In this document: positions 1 through 11,605 of the stretch, in pieces
How positions within the stretch are numbered: the stretch's first letter is position 1
Layout: every line of letters starts with the position of its first letter
Assembly: GCA_040220235.1 (NCBI GenBank)
Contig: JAVJTO010000034.1
DNA length: 64,000 nucleotides
Strand: one strand, 5' to 3'
DNA from: Coleofasciculus sp. B1-GNL1-01
GTDB lineage: Bacteria; Cyanobacteriota; Cyanobacteriia; Cyanobacteriales; Coleofasciculaceae
The notes under the pieces: generated by a model
Database searches by the model: none
What the model saw: only the letters and a program-made list of their open reading frames with translations
What the model was told of the DNA's origin: nothing
Made by a program: the position numbers and the translations under genes

Positions 1-326
1 TCTATATTGATGAGATTGATGTATTTTATCAGTTGATTTGTGGCAATAAGGACAGGTGGCTTTATTGGATTTATTCGCTAATTCAATTAAGATTTCATTT
101 TCGGTTATAAACCAATAGTTAGTGGCTTTAAAACCCTCAAAGTTGATAAGTTTTGTAACGAAAAATAAAAGGGAGTTAGATGGCATAGTATTAATCTTTG
201 ATTTTTGCTGTTCATTTTCAGAATACTTTATATCATAAAAGCTGACCTCAAATCAAGGTACAGCAGGGACTCAAGGCAACTTTGAGTGTAAAAATATTTC
301 AATTATTTGTTTTTCTTTACAGGTAA

Positions 327-812
<486 letters not shown>

Positions 813-819
813 ATTAGTT

Positions 820-956
820 AGATCCCCGACTTCCACGACTGGCTAAGATCCCTGACTTCCCCGATTGGCTAAGATCCCCGACTTCCCCGACTGGCTAAGA
901 TCCCCGACTTCCCCGATTGGCTAAGATCCCCGACTTCTTGAAGAAGTCGGGGATCT
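820..956. repeat. Four tandem 26-bp units ending in a 33-bp palindrome
   Basis: (AGATCCCCGACTTCCCCGAYTGGCTA)x4 with minor variants, then AGATCCCCGACTTCTTGAAGAAGTCGGGGATCT. Confidence 0.9.
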
Positions 957-958
957 GA

Positions 959-1534
959 CTAATCCGGGAAGGCGAATCCGGTTCTGGGATCGCGGATAAA
1001 TAACCCCAGCACTAATGAGTCCATCACCGTGTCCCATACGGGGTTCAAACGCTCTGCATCATCTACCCAGTAGTCAAAAGTAATCAAACATTGAACGCCA
1101 GAACCTAACCCAATACAGATGCGGGAATAGGCGTCGCGGTTTTCGTTAGGGTCAATAAATTTGAATTGAGTCCAGACGATGCGGGCGGTTTGGCGCTTCA
1201 GTTCAATAATTTCGCCCTTCTCCGTTATATTCCGCTCATCATCTCGAACGACTCGCTTTAATAAAGAAACTAAGGGAAATTCAGCCCAGTCGCCTGGAGG
1301 AAGTAGATTATAGGACGCTTCTAAGCGACAATCATCGTTGGGTGGCTTGTTGTCCAGAAACCGAAACGATTTGGTATCTGGTTCAAAATGCCAATCTTCG
1401 GGAACATCAAAGCGCAATGCTCCTCGCCCTGCTACGAAGATCCGATGTCCTGGCTTGGATGTCCAGTTGTGGTCTTCTTTTAGCTCTAGGGTTTCCTTGA
1501 TCCATTGGAGATTGTGCTTTTTGCGTTTAGCCAT
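959..1534 (-). CDS. Hypothetical protein
   Basis: Long ORF with globular composition; start taken at MAKRKK. Confidence 0.75.
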   Translation of the reverse strand: MAKRKKHNLQWIKETLELKEDHNWTSKPGHRIFVAGRGALRFDVPEDWHFEPDTKSFRFLDNKPPNDDCRLEASYNLLPPGDWAEFPLVSLLKRVVRDDERNITEKGEIIELKRQTARIVWTQFKFIDPNENRDAYSRICIGLGSGVQCLITFDYWVDDAERLNPVWDTVMDSLVLGLFIRDPRTGFAFPD

Positions 1535-1748
1535 AGCCGATCGCCTAGATGAAAACCACATTTAACTATTGATGGTAACACTATCTCTGGCTCCCAGAGA
1601 GGGTGGGCTAGATTTCTACACCATTTCTTTCTCTGGATGGAGGTGAACAAAAACTTATACGCTCATGCACTAGCCGAAAGACACCGAAATCCTTATTCTG
1701 GATTAGTGGCAGTGAGTGCGACTGATCAGTGCTGAGGACAAGTAACTA

Positions 1749-3107
1749 ATGGGACGAATCTTTATTTCTGCCGGACACGGAGGAATTGAACAAGGGGGAC
1801 GCGATCTAGGGGCGATCGCAGGCGGTACAACGGAAGCTCAACAGATGATTCTGCTGCGGGATCAGATTGTCCCGGAGTTGCGATCGCGTGGCTTTGAGGT
1901 TCTCTCTGTCCCGGATGATTTGAGTTCAACTGAATCAATCCAATGGATTAATGCTCGTTATCGTCCCGGCGATGTGGCGCTGGAAATTCATGCGGGTTCT
2001 TCCTCCAATCCCAGTGTCCGAGGAACGGCGGTTTACTACATTGCCAATAACACTGAACGCAAAAATCATGCAGAACTGATCCTCCTCGCACTCCTGCGGC
2101 GTCTTCCCCAATTGCCAAACCGAGGCGCAAAGCCGGATACGGCGACAGGGATGGGTTTTCTGGCGTTTACCCGCGATACGATTCTTCCTTCGCTGCTGAT
2201 GGAGGTTGGCTATCTCACCAATCCAGAGGATCGCTTTATTATTCAAAATCGCCGCCGCGAAATGGCGTTAGGGATTGCGGATGGACTAGCGGCGTGGAGT
2301 CGAGCGGTTTCGGGAACGGAACCGGGAGGAAATGGAACGGATGTTACCTATCCTTCGATTAATATCAAGATTAATAATCAAACGTATGGAGAGCAAGGCA
2401 TTATTGTCAATAACAATGCCTATATTCCCATTGACTTAGCCGATCGCTTGGGTGTGGATTTAACCACGATTCCCGGTATTCGCCGCCTTCAGTATCGAGG
2501 AGTGGTTTATGTCAAAGCGATTGAATTGCGAGATTATAATATTTCAGTGGGTTGGGATGCAGCGACACGGACGGTAATTTTGCGCTCTATTTTACAAATT
2601 TGTCCGGGTCAAATTGACCGAATTATGGCACATGGGAATACGTCAGAAGTGCAGTTAATGATGTTTCTCAAAGCCAATAATGAAGACGCCTTGGCTCAGT
2701 TTCCGGATTTACCCAAGCTTTACCGGGAAGAAGCCGCCATTGAGGGGGTAAATTATGATATCGCCTTTTCTCAAGCCATGGTGGAAACGAATTTCCTCCG
2801 TTTTGGTGGCGACTTGAAACCTAGTCAAAATAACTTTGGCGGCTTAGGATCAGTTGGGGGTGATCCGGAGGGAGCAACATTCCCCAGCGCCCGATTAGGC
2901 GTTCGCGCTCATATTCAACAATTAAAAGCCTACGCCAGTTTAGAACCCTTGGTACAAGAAGTGGTCAGTCCCCGATTTCGCTTTGTCACTCGTGGAATTG
3001 CACCCCTAGTTCAGCAGTTGAGCGGACGTTGGTCGGCTGACTTGAATTATGGCGATCGGATTATGGCTGTTCTCCGGCGTCTGTATGAATCAGCCGGGTT
3101 TTTCTAA
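1749..3107 (+). CDS. N-acetylmuramoyl-L-alanine amidase + glucosaminidase-domain cell wall hydrolase (TftA-like)
   Basis: Amidase_3 motifs SAGHGG, TTEA, ALEIHA, LMEVG; C-terminal QAMVETNFL...QNNFGGLG...LSGRWSAD. Confidence 0.85.
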   Translation: MGRIFISAGHGGIEQGGRDLGAIAGGTTEAQQMILLRDQIVPELRSRGFEVLSVPDDLSSTESIQWINARYRPGDVALEIHAGSSSNPSVRGTAVYYIANNTERKNHAELILLALLRRLPQLPNRGAKPDTATGMGFLAFTRDTILPSLLMEVGYLTNPEDRFIIQNRRREMALGIADGLAAWSRAVSGTEPGGNGTDVTYPSINIKINNQTYGEQGIIVNNNAYIPIDLADRLGVDLTTIPGIRRLQYRGVVYVKAIELRDYNISVGWDAATRTVILRSILQICPGQIDRIMAHGNTSEVQLMMFLKANNEDALAQFPDLPKLYREEAAIEGVNYDIAFSQAMVETNFLRFGGDLKPSQNNFGGLGSVGGDPEGATFPSARLGVRAHIQQLKAYASLEPLVQEVVSPRFRFVTRGIAPLVQQLSGRWSADLNYGDRIMAVLRRLYESAGFF

Positions 3108-3200
3108 GGGTGAGTAGTCCTCAAACCTTTACGAATGACATAAGACAAATGACAAATGACGATCTCTACCGTTAACTTTTGTTGTGTCCACATACTTACA

Positions 3201-3578
3201 TTATGACCAGTCCAAAACTTTAGTTACTTCCTTAGTTAGCGTCATTGGGTCAAAGGGTTTAGCAATAACTCCAGCAATACCTAACTGATCAAATTGAGTG
3301 ATGTCGTTGTTAAACACTTTTGCTGTGAGTAAAATTACGGGGATTTTCTGAGTGCTGGGAGAGTTTTGTAACTCTTTCAATAGGGTTAACCCATCCATAT
3401 CCGGCATCATCACATCCAAGAGAATCGCATCAGGTTGTTCAGTTTGGGCTAACTGTAGTCCTTTCTTGCCGGATTCAGCCGTGATTACTTGCCAGTTGCC
3501 AATCGTTTCCAGGCAAGCTTGGATCACTAAACAAAGATTGGGTTCATCGTCAATGACTAAGATATATTTGGTAGACAT
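3201..3578 (-). CDS. Single-domain response regulator (CheY-like)
   Basis: ILVIDDE, LLDVMMPDMDG, LTAK, KPF. Confidence 0.92.
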   Translation of the reverse strand: MSTKYILVIDDEPNLCLVIQACLETIGNWQVITAESGKKGLQLAQTEQPDAILLDVMMPDMDGLTLLKELQNSPSTQKIPVILLTAKVFNNDITQFDQLGIAGVIAKPFDPMTLTKEVTKVLDWS

Positions 3579-3652
3579 AAAGGGAACTGGGAATGGGAAA
3601 CAGGGAACAGGGAATAATCAATTTAAATGTACATCAGCTTACTTGTGAAAGA

Positions 3653-3815
3653 GGGCGAGTTTTGTTGTTCATTTATTGGTGAGAAGGACGGGTTTTGTTG
3701 TTCATTTATTGGTGGATAGGGCGAGTTTTGTTGTTCATTTATCGGTGGATAGGGCGGGTTTTGTTGTTCATTTATTGGTGAATAGCGAAATTTAGTCCCT
3801 AAACCCGCCCCTACA
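3653..3815. repeat. Four tandem ~33-bp units followed by a REP-like half
   Basis: GGGCGRGTTTTGTTGTTCATTTATTGGTGRATA-like x4 with no spacers, then AAACCCGCCCCTACA, complementary to the unit start. Confidence 0.88.
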
Positions 3816-3871
3816 GATTGCCTAAACTCGCCCCTATTGCTGACTGTTCACGTTCTTCGAGGGTAGATTTA

Positions 3872-5077
3872 TTACTGATTACTTGTTTCCTCCTGATTAA
3901 CTTTCTCGATTTGACGGGCAAAATGGGTTTCTCTATACTGCAATGATTGCGCTAATTCTAGACCTTTTTGAAAAGCGTCTAAGGCTTGGGCATACTTGTT
4001 TTGGGTGAGATAAATCTGACCCATTTGATCGTAAGCTTGCATCAACCCATAATAATTGTAGGACTGTTGTTCCACAATAATCAACGTTTCGTACACTTGG
4101 AGTGCATAGTCGGGTTGGTCGTAAGATAAATAGAGTTGGGCTAATTTTTCGAGTGCATCACTGGCATAAGCAAACTGTTGTGATGACCAAGCGAGTGCAT
4201 AAGCTTCTTGGTAGCTTTGAGAAGCTTGTTCGGGTTGATTCAGGGCTTCGTAGTCGGCACCTATCCCAATTTTTAGGGCGGGAATTTGCGTGTAGTTTTC
4301 TTGGTTGAGGTAACTTTCCACTAACCGTTCCTTGATCCGCAGGGCGTTTTCGGGTTTCTGGGATTGTTTATAAATGTTGAGTAATTCTTGTAAATAGTTA
4401 ATCTCCGCCACGCGATCGCGCCTTGCTTGGGCTATTGCCAGTAATTCTTCATAAATGGCGGCGGCTTGGGGATAATCAAACCAAGCCAAGTGGAGTTGGG
4501 CGATGGTTTCTAAGGTTTCGGCTTGAGTTTCTAGATCTTCTTGTTGACGAGCATCGGCTAAAATTTGCTCATAGATAGCTAGGGCATTTCTGGGAACTCG
4601 TACCTGTCGATAAGCTTGACCTAATGCACCTAAAAGTTCTGGATCTAACTCTCCTTCTTCCTCAGCGTTTTGCTGAATCGTTTCTAAGCGTTTAGTAATT
4701 AACTGTACCTGGGATTTTGCATTCCGACTCCAGGCAATTTCACCGACGCGCCCTAGGGTTTTGACTTCTTCTAATCGTCCACCCAGAACTCGCCGTAACC
4801 GAATTTCTCGATACCAGATATCAAACGCCTCTTCTTGATTTCCCGCCCTCAATTCGGCGGCGGCTTGATTATTTAATTGATTGAGATCTTCCCTCAGTCG
4901 GCGGCGTTCTAAGGGGCTTAAAGGGCGTTCTACGGGGGGATTGGGAAGCAGGGGATCACCAGTGGTATCCAGTTCTAGGGGATTGGGTGGATTTGTTTCA
5001 GCGGGTTGGGCTAATGTTGGACTACTTAACCCTAACCAGAGTGTCGCGATGCAAAAGAGGAGTTGAACTTTTTTCAT
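3872..5077 (-). CDS. Secreted tetratricopeptide-repeat protein
   Basis: Signal peptide MKKVQLLFCIATLWLGLSSPTLA; repeated TPR-like helices. Confidence 0.85.
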   Translation of the reverse strand: MKKVQLLFCIATLWLGLSSPTLAQPAETNPPNPLELDTTGDPLLPNPPVERPLSPLERRRLREDLNQLNNQAAAELRAGNQEEAFDIWYREIRLRRVLGGRLEEVKTLGRVGEIAWSRNAKSQVQLITKRLETIQQNAEEEGELDPELLGALGQAYRQVRVPRNALAIYEQILADARQQEDLETQAETLETIAQLHLAWFDYPQAAAIYEELLAIAQARRDRVAEINYLQELLNIYKQSQKPENALRIKERLVESYLNQENYTQIPALKIGIGADYEALNQPEQASQSYQEAYALAWSSQQFAYASDALEKLAQLYLSYDQPDYALQVYETLIIVEQQSYNYYGLMQAYDQMGQIYLTQNKYAQALDAFQKGLELAQSLQYRETHFARQIEKVNQEETSNQ

Positions 5078-5302
5078 TAATTTAAGCTGTATAAGATGCA
5101 ACACTGTTTTCAGTAGAGCCAGGAAATAAATTTCTTATCTTTAAGCTAAAGTAAGCTACAGTTTACTACCTTAAAGACTTTTAACCCGTTTGAACGGGAC
5201 GCGAGCTTTTAGCCCGTAGACGCAAAGCGGCTTCTCTTCGAGAACTTTAGTTCAGAGCTTAAGTCTGATTAATTATTATCTTATCTGCCAACGTAATCAC
5301 CA

Positions 5303-6598
5303 TTGACGCTTAAAATCAACTTAGAGTTTCTACAGGAACCCCTTACCCTAAGACGTTTGACATTTCTTATGAGTCAGCTATTAACACAAAATCCCTTAAA
5401 AATCAAGACATTTCGCCCCCTATTGTCTCGACTCTTAGTCGTGGCGATCGCGCTATTGACTCTGTTGACGACAAGCTGTAGTCCCTCAACCGCCAGAACC
5501 GCCGAACAGCGAACGTTTCTGGATTTATCCTTGGACTTTTTGGCGGAGTATCAACTGCCCAAACCAATGAGGTTTGAGGATACTCCCGTTGGCGGCTTAT
5601 CCGCCCTCTCCTATGATCGCGATCGCGATCGTTTTTTGGCACTGTCCGATGATCGGTCAAATCTCGCACCCGCCCGATTTTACACCCTGGCGCTGGCAAT
5701 TAACCGCGACTCAGCCGGAGAAATTGGGATTGAATCCGTCACCGTGGAGGATGTAACCATTCTCAAAGACGAAAACGGCAAACCCTATCCGGCGGGAACC
5801 ATTGACCCCGAAGGCATCGCCCTATCCGGTAAAGGTGGTGTATTTATTTCCACTGAAGGGGTTCCTAGTCAGGGAATTGAACCCTTTATTCAAGAATTTG
5901 ACCGCCAAACGGGACAACCGTTGCAACGCTTGCGAATTCCTGACCGTTTTCTCCCGAATAATACTACAGAAGAGGAACAAGTTCCCCGTGGCGTACAAGA
6001 GAACCTAGGCTTTGAAGCATTAACCTTAGAACCCATTACATTAGCGGCGGCGAGTGGCGATCCTTTTCGCCTATTTACAGCAACGGAATCGGCGTTAATT
6101 CAAGATAGTTTACCCCCAGATTCAGAGGAGGTTCCCCGAATTCGGTTGCTGCATTATTTAATTAGCGATATTGCCCCACCCATGCTAGTAGCGGAACATT
6201 TGTATCCACTGGCTCCCGCCCCCAAAGGGACAATTGATTATGGCTTATCGGAATTAGTGGCATTAGATACAGAAGGTCACTTTCTTAGTTTAGAACGGAG
6301 TTATGGGTTGTTGGGACTCAGCGCCCAAATTTATCAACTAACCCTGGGTGGGGCAACCGATACATCTAATGTTGCCAGTCTCAAGGGGAATATTTCTCGC
6401 CTTGATCCGGTGAAGAAAAAATTGCTCCTTGATTTAAGTACTTTGGGAATTTATTTAGATAATCTGGAAGGGATGACTCTAGGTTCACGGTTGCCCGATG
6501 GGAGTCAGAGTTTGGTATTAGTCAGTGATGATAATTTTAATGAAGCACAGATTACGCAGTTTCTTTTGTTTCGGTTAAACCTGAATAAGTCGAATTGA
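5303..6598 (+). CDS. Esterase-like activity of phytase family (lipo)protein
   Basis: GGLSAL, LSDDRS, DPEGI, NLGFEAL, DNLEGM, LVSDDNF; lipobox-like LTTSC; start uncertain. Confidence 0.85.
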   Translation: MTLKINLEFLQEPLTLRRLTFLMSQLLTQNPLKIKTFRPLLSRLLVVAIALLTLLTTSCSPSTARTAEQRTFLDLSLDFLAEYQLPKPMRFEDTPVGGLSALSYDRDRDRFLALSDDRSNLAPARFYTLALAINRDSAGEIGIESVTVEDVTILKDENGKPYPAGTIDPEGIALSGKGGVFISTEGVPSQGIEPFIQEFDRQTGQPLQRLRIPDRFLPNNTTEEEQVPRGVQENLGFEALTLEPITLAAASGDPFRLFTATESALIQDSLPPDSEEVPRIRLLHYLISDIAPPMLVAEHLYPLAPAPKGTIDYGLSELVALDTEGHFLSLERSYGLLGLSAQIYQLTLGGATDTSNVASLKGNISRLDPVKKKLLLDLSTLGIYLDNLEGMTLGSRLPDGSQSLVLVSDDNFNEAQITQFLLFRLNLNKSN

Positions 6599-6814
6599 GC
6601 TAAATTGTAGTGGCGTGATACAGCTAATTGGCTCTCTTCCTCTCCCCCCTTCTCCTTGTCAACCTCAATTACAAATTTAAAGCCATAGCAGGTTGACAAG
6701 GAGAAATAAATGTGCATTATTTTCAATTCTCCCCCCACTGCCGACAAACCCCTTACAATAAAAAGACAGCTAATTGTATAGATTTGTATAGCCAACTCAG
6801 GTATAGAACGATAT

Positions 6815-7837
6815 ATGGCTGCTGCCGTTTTAATCGAGAACCTAAAAAAATACTACGGGGATGTCGAAGCCGTGAAGGACATCTCTCTGAACGTCGAACC
6901 GGGTGAGATTTTTGGCTTACTTGGTCCGAATGGGGCGGGGAAAACCACAACGATTCGCTGTCTGTGTACTTTAAGTAAACCGGACGCGGGTAAGATTGAG
7001 GTATCGGGAATTTCTGCGATCGCGAATCCTAGAGCCGTCCGTCGTCGCATCGGTTATGTCGCCCAAGAAGTGGCATTAGACAAAGTGTTGACAGGGCGCG
7101 AGTTACTGCAACTCCAAGCAGATTTATATCACCTACCCAGTAGTATTGCCAAAGAGCGGGTCAATACCATGATAGAGGTGTTGGGCTTGCAAGAGTATGC
7201 TGATAAAAAGACGGGAACCTACTCCGGCGGAATCCGCAAGCGCTTGGATTTAGCTTCCGGCTTACTCCATAAACCCGATGTTTTGGTTCTGGATGAACCC
7301 ACCGTGGGACTTGATATCGAGAGTCGGGTAGTGGTGTGGGAATTTCTGCGTCAATTGCAAAACGCGGGTACGACCATATTTATTACCAGCCACTATTTGG
7401 AAGAAGTAGATATTTTAGCCGATCGCGTGGCAATTATCGACAAAGGAGTTGTCATTGCCGAAGGTACACCCTCTCAGTTAAAGGATAACGTGGGAGGCGA
7501 TCGCATAACCCTCCGCATCCGGGAATTCTCGCCTATGGAAGAAGCCCAAAATGCCAAGGAAAAGCTGGAGGTGTTACCCTTTGTCCAAGAAGTGATTATT
7601 AATACGGCACAAGGAAATTCCCTCAACTTAGTGGTTAAACCCCAAAGTGACGCATTGACCAACATTCAGCAATCCTTAAAAGATGCTGGATTACCCATCT
7701 TTGGCATTGCCCAATCTCGACCTAGTTTAGATGATGTCTACTTAGCCGCCACAGGTCAAACCTTAATGGATGCTGAACTCGCGGCGGCGGGAACACGAGA
7801 TGTGAAGGCAGAGAAAAAGCAACGGATGAAGGAATGA
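6815..7837 (+). CDS. ABC-2 type transporter ATP-binding protein (DrrA-like)
   Basis: Walker A GPNGAGKTT, signature YSGG, LVLDEPT, H-loop TSHY. Confidence 0.93.
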   Translation: MAAAVLIENLKKYYGDVEAVKDISLNVEPGEIFGLLGPNGAGKTTTIRCLCTLSKPDAGKIEVSGISAIANPRAVRRRIGYVAQEVALDKVLTGRELLQLQADLYHLPSSIAKERVNTMIEVLGLQEYADKKTGTYSGGIRKRLDLASGLLHKPDVLVLDEPTVGLDIESRVVVWEFLRQLQNAGTTIFITSHYLEEVDILADRVAIIDKGVVIAEGTPSQLKDNVGGDRITLRIREFSPMEEAQNAKEKLEVLPFVQEVIINTAQGNSLNLVVKPQSDALTNIQQSLKDAGLPIFGIAQSRPSLDDVYLAATGQTLMDAELAAAGTRDVKAEKKQRMKE

Positions 7838-7992
7838 TGAGATGATGCTCAAATAACGACAAGCCATGACAAACATTGTGGATAGAGAACTAACCCATCA
7901 GTGAAATCAGTGTAACTAACCTTTCATGTCCCTACCCCCATCGGTCTAAGAAATCCGTGAAATCAGTGTTTTGACCAATAACAAATAACATT

Positions 7993-8886
7993 ATGAGTGG
8001 AACTGTAACACCATCAAAACCAGAAATTAATTGGCAACCCGACGTGGTAAGTCAAGTCCCTGTCAGCGATAAGGCGGGTGTCGGTGAATTTGTCCAAGAA
8101 ACCTTGGCACTCACTAAACGCCTGTTTATCCAACTGCAACGACGCCCCTCTACCTTAATTGCTGGCGTAATTCAACCATTGATGTGGCTAATTCTATTTG
8201 GGGCGTTATTTCAAAATGCACCAAAAGGACTCTTTGGCGAAAGCTTATCCTATGCCCAATTCCTGAGTGCAGGTGTAATTGTATTTACCGCCTTCGCAGG
8301 TGCGCTGAATTCTGGCTTACCCGTGATGTTTGACCGGGAATTTGGCTTTCTGAATCGCTTACTGGTTGCACCTCTGGCGTCTCGCTTCTCCATTGTCGCC
8401 GCATCCGCTATCTATATCGTCGCCCTCAGCTTTATCCAAGCCGTCGTGATTGTCGCCGCTAGTGCAGTTATGGGTGCGGGTTTTCCTAATATAGCCGGAC
8501 TGGGTGCGATCGCGCTGATTGTTTTCTTGCTGGTAATCGGGATGACAGCATTAAGTTTGGGACTCGCCTTTGTGCTTCCGGGTCATATTGAACTCATTGC
8601 CGTCATTTTTGTCACCAACTTACCCCTGTTATTTGCCAGCACTGCCCTAGCGCCGCTATCCTTTATGCCAAGATGGTTACAATTTGTCGCCAGTCTCAAT
8701 CCCTTAAGTTATGCAATTGAACCGATTCGCTATCTCTACCTCCATGGAGACTGGTCTTTAGGTAGTGTTGTCATGGAAGCACCTTGGGCTTCAATTACAT
8801 TTGGTGGGGCTGTTTTAGTCTTGTTTGGCTTTGCTACTGTCGCCTTAGTTCTGATTAGTCCATTGCTGCGCCGTCGATTTGCCTAA
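7993..8886 (+). CDS. ABC-2 type permease (Ycf38-like)
   Basis: Six hydrophobic segments, DREFGFLNRLLVAP, NPLSYA; follows the ATPase gene. Confidence 0.9.
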   Translation: MSGTVTPSKPEINWQPDVVSQVPVSDKAGVGEFVQETLALTKRLFIQLQRRPSTLIAGVIQPLMWLILFGALFQNAPKGLFGESLSYAQFLSAGVIVFTAFAGALNSGLPVMFDREFGFLNRLLVAPLASRFSIVAASAIYIVALSFIQAVVIVAASAVMGAGFPNIAGLGAIALIVFLLVIGMTALSLGLAFVLPGHIELIAVIFVTNLPLLFASTALAPLSFMPRWLQFVASLNPLSYAIEPIRYLYLHGDWSLGSVVMEAPWASITFGGAVLVLFGFATVALVLISPLLRRRFA

Positions 8887-9004
8887 TGGCATTGAAACTT
8901 GGCAGTTTGGGAGGGCTAAAACCCTTGATATACCGTAGGGTGGGCAGGGTCCCACCCACTTTAATTTAAAGGGTAAACATACGTTTTCTAGAGGAATTAG
9001 CAGC

Positions 9005-11605
9005 ATGGTGGAACTTTGGACAGCGCTAGGCGTTTCTATCCTCAACGACTTACTTTTAAAGGATATCCTCCTGAAACTGGGGAAAGAAGCGTTAGAAGAC
9101 TATGTTAAAGATTTTTTTAAAGACTGTATTAAAACCGGGGTACAATCTGCCCAACCCGATATCCTGAAAAAAGCGCTGGGTGAGGCTTTACAGCAATTGC
9201 TCAAACTCATCGAAGATGAACTCTTATTTGAATGTGAGTTAACCGAAGCCGAAGTTCGAGACACTTATCAAATAGCAATTGGGCGGTTTCTCCAAGACGA
9301 TGAAGTTAAACCCCTATTAGGAAAAGCCTTTGAAAAAAATTGTCGTGGCATCGACGATAATCAATTAAGGATAATTTGGAGACAGCGCTATTCTCCCGAT
9401 ATGCCAACTGGGTTTAACTGGGATGGGATTGCCAAGCAATATGTTAAAGATGTGAAACGCATTGTCCGCAATTCGCCAGAGTTAAAGGAACTGTTAACAT
9501 TAGAGATTCTGGAATCTATTGAACAACAGGTTCGAGACAATGCCAAAATTAATCCTGATTTTAATATCACTAAATATCAAGAAGGATTACGGGAACGCTA
9601 CAGTCATTTAAACCTATCCAGTTTAGATACCACAGGCTGCGCCTATAATGAACTAAAACTCTGGCACGTTTTTATTCCCCAAAATGTGCGACAAGTTCAT
9701 CAGGTATTACCCCAAGTCTATGAACTCCCTAAAGAACATCAGCGGCGACTGCGAGAGAGTCATCTACTTGACGCGGATGTGTCTGTGGAAGAGTTAACTG
9801 AATATAAACAGGTTTATTCTCAACAGCCAATTCGTCCGATTCAGGAAATTATTAACGATAAAGATAACTATCCCTATCTGGTGATTCTCGGTGATCCGGG
9901 TTCGGGTAAATCTACCTTGTTGCAATATTTGGCATTAGATTGGGCAAATTCTACCCCCAATGATGCCAGTTTACAGCCGATACCCCTGCTGATTGAATTA
10001 CGCACCTATATGCGAAATCGCGATGTGGGACAATGTAAGAATTTCCTGGAATTTTTCCATGATAGCAGTGGGATTGTCTGTCATCTGAATCAGCATCAAC
10101 TGGTAGAACAGTTAAAAGCCGGAAATGCTTTGGTCATGTTTGATGGCTTGGATGAAGTATTTGATCCGGGGAAACGGGAGGATGTGATTACTGATATTCA
10201 TCGCTTCACCAATGATTATCCTGATGTGCGGGTAATTGTTACGTCTCGTGTGATTGGCTATAAACCCCAGCGGTTACGAGATGCCCAGTTTTATCACTTT
10301 ATGTTGCAAGATTTAGAGGCAAATCAGATTCAGGAGTTTATTACCCGTTGGCATGATTTAACCTTTACTAATCAAGTAGATAAACAAAGGAAGCGGGAAC
10401 GGCTGCAACGGGCAATTAATACATCAAAAGCGATTCGCGAACTCGCCGGAAATCCGCTGCTATTGACAATGATGGCAATATTAAATCGCAATCAGGAATT
10501 ACCCAAAGATAGACCGGAATTATACAACCAAGCCTCGCGAGTATTGCTGCATCAATGGGATGTGGAACGGGCGTTAGTGGAACATCAGCAGTTAGAGATT
10601 CAAACGATTGATTATAAAGATAAGCAGGCGATGTTGCGTCGGGTAGCTTATCAGATGCAAGCAGCAGAGAAAGGATTGGCGGGTAATCTGATTGCGGCGG
10701 ATGAGTTAGAAGGAATTTTGACGGATTATCTGAAAACATTAGATATCAATAATCCTAGGGCGGTGGCTAGGGTGATGATTAAGCAACTGCGGGAACGGAA
10801 TTTTATTTTATGTTTCATGGGGGCAGATTATTATGCTTTTGTGCATCGGACATTTTTGGAATATTTCTGTGCCTGGGAATATGTTTGGCAGTTTGAGAAA
10901 GAACGAACGCTTTCTCTGGAGGCGTTGAAAACCGAGGTTTTTGGGAAGCATTGGCAGGATGAGTCTTGGCATGAAGTGTTACGGCTGATTGTGGGGATGA
11001 TTGAGCCTAAGTTGGCTGGGGAGATTATAGATTATTTGAGGAATCAGTCGGGGGAAGCGGAAAAGTTTATTAATGTGTTTCTAGCGGCGGATTGTCTGTC
11101 TGAGGTGAGAAATCGTTCGGGTATTGCATCAACGGTGATTCAATTATTGAATCAGATTAATGGTTTAATTCAGTATGACTTACCTTATTATTATGAATCT
11201 TATAGCGAGGAAGCAGATTTAGTTCGGGCAATTCGCATCGAAGCGGTTGCGGCAATTGCGATAACCTGGCATGATTCTCCAGACACTTTACCTTGGCTGA
11301 AACAAAAAGCCCAATCTGATGACGATGAGTATGTGCGAGGCGCAGCGGTGGAAGAATTAGCAAAAGGCTGGAAAGATGAGCCATGGTTATTTGAATTATT
11401 ACGCGATCGCGCTCTCAATGATCCCTTTGTGCGAGAGGAAGACTGGGAAGACAATCCTCGGCAATTAGCCATTGAAATCATTGTCAAACAATATCCTAAC
11501 CATCCCCAGACTCTACCCTTGCTGCGCGACAGAGCCGAAAATGACCCCGATGAGAAAGTTAGAGAGTTTGCCCATAAAAAATTGGCACAATTAGCTATCG
11601 TTTGA
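9005..11605 (+). CDS. NACHT NTPase with C-terminal HEAT repeats (NLR-like STAND protein)
   Basis: Walker A GDPGSGKS, Walker B LVMFDGLDE, VTSR, GNPLLL, FVHRTFLEYF; HEAT-like DEYVRGAAVEEL and DEKVREFA. Confidence 0.9.
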   Translation: MVELWTALGVSILNDLLLKDILLKLGKEALEDYVKDFFKDCIKTGVQSAQPDILKKALGEALQQLLKLIEDELLFECELTEAEVRDTYQIAIGRFLQDDEVKPLLGKAFEKNCRGIDDNQLRIIWRQRYSPDMPTGFNWDGIAKQYVKDVKRIVRNSPELKELLTLEILESIEQQVRDNAKINPDFNITKYQEGLRERYSHLNLSSLDTTGCAYNELKLWHVFIPQNVRQVHQVLPQVYELPKEHQRRLRESHLLDADVSVEELTEYKQVYSQQPIRPIQEIINDKDNYPYLVILGDPGSGKSTLLQYLALDWANSTPNDASLQPIPLLIELRTYMRNRDVGQCKNFLEFFHDSSGIVCHLNQHQLVEQLKAGNALVMFDGLDEVFDPGKREDVITDIHRFTNDYPDVRVIVTSRVIGYKPQRLRDAQFYHFMLQDLEANQIQEFITRWHDLTFTNQVDKQRKRERLQRAINTSKAIRELAGNPLLLTMMAILNRNQELPKDRPELYNQASRVLLHQWDVERALVEHQQLEIQTIDYKDKQAMLRRVAYQMQAAEKGLAGNLIAADELEGILTDYLKTLDINNPRAVARVMIKQLRERNFILCFMGADYYAFVHRTFLEYFCAWEYVWQFEKERTLSLEALKTEVFGKHWQDESWHEVLRLIVGMIEPKLAGEIIDYLRNQSGEAEKFINVFLAADCLSEVRNRSGIASTVIQLLNQINGLIQYDLPYYYESYSEEADLVRAIRIEAVAAIAITWHDSPDTLPWLKQKAQSDDDEYVRGAAVEELAKGWKDEPWLFELLRDRALNDPFVREEDWEDNPRQLAIEIIVKQYPNHPQTLPLLRDRAENDPDEKVREFAHKKLAQLAIV

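Noticed and set aside
820..956. 26-bp repeats as a CRISPR array
   Set aside because: Tandem with no spacers; derived from the adjacent palindrome.
3653..3783. 33-bp repeats as a CRISPR array
   Set aside because: Units are directly adjacent with no unique spacers, and no cas genes are present.
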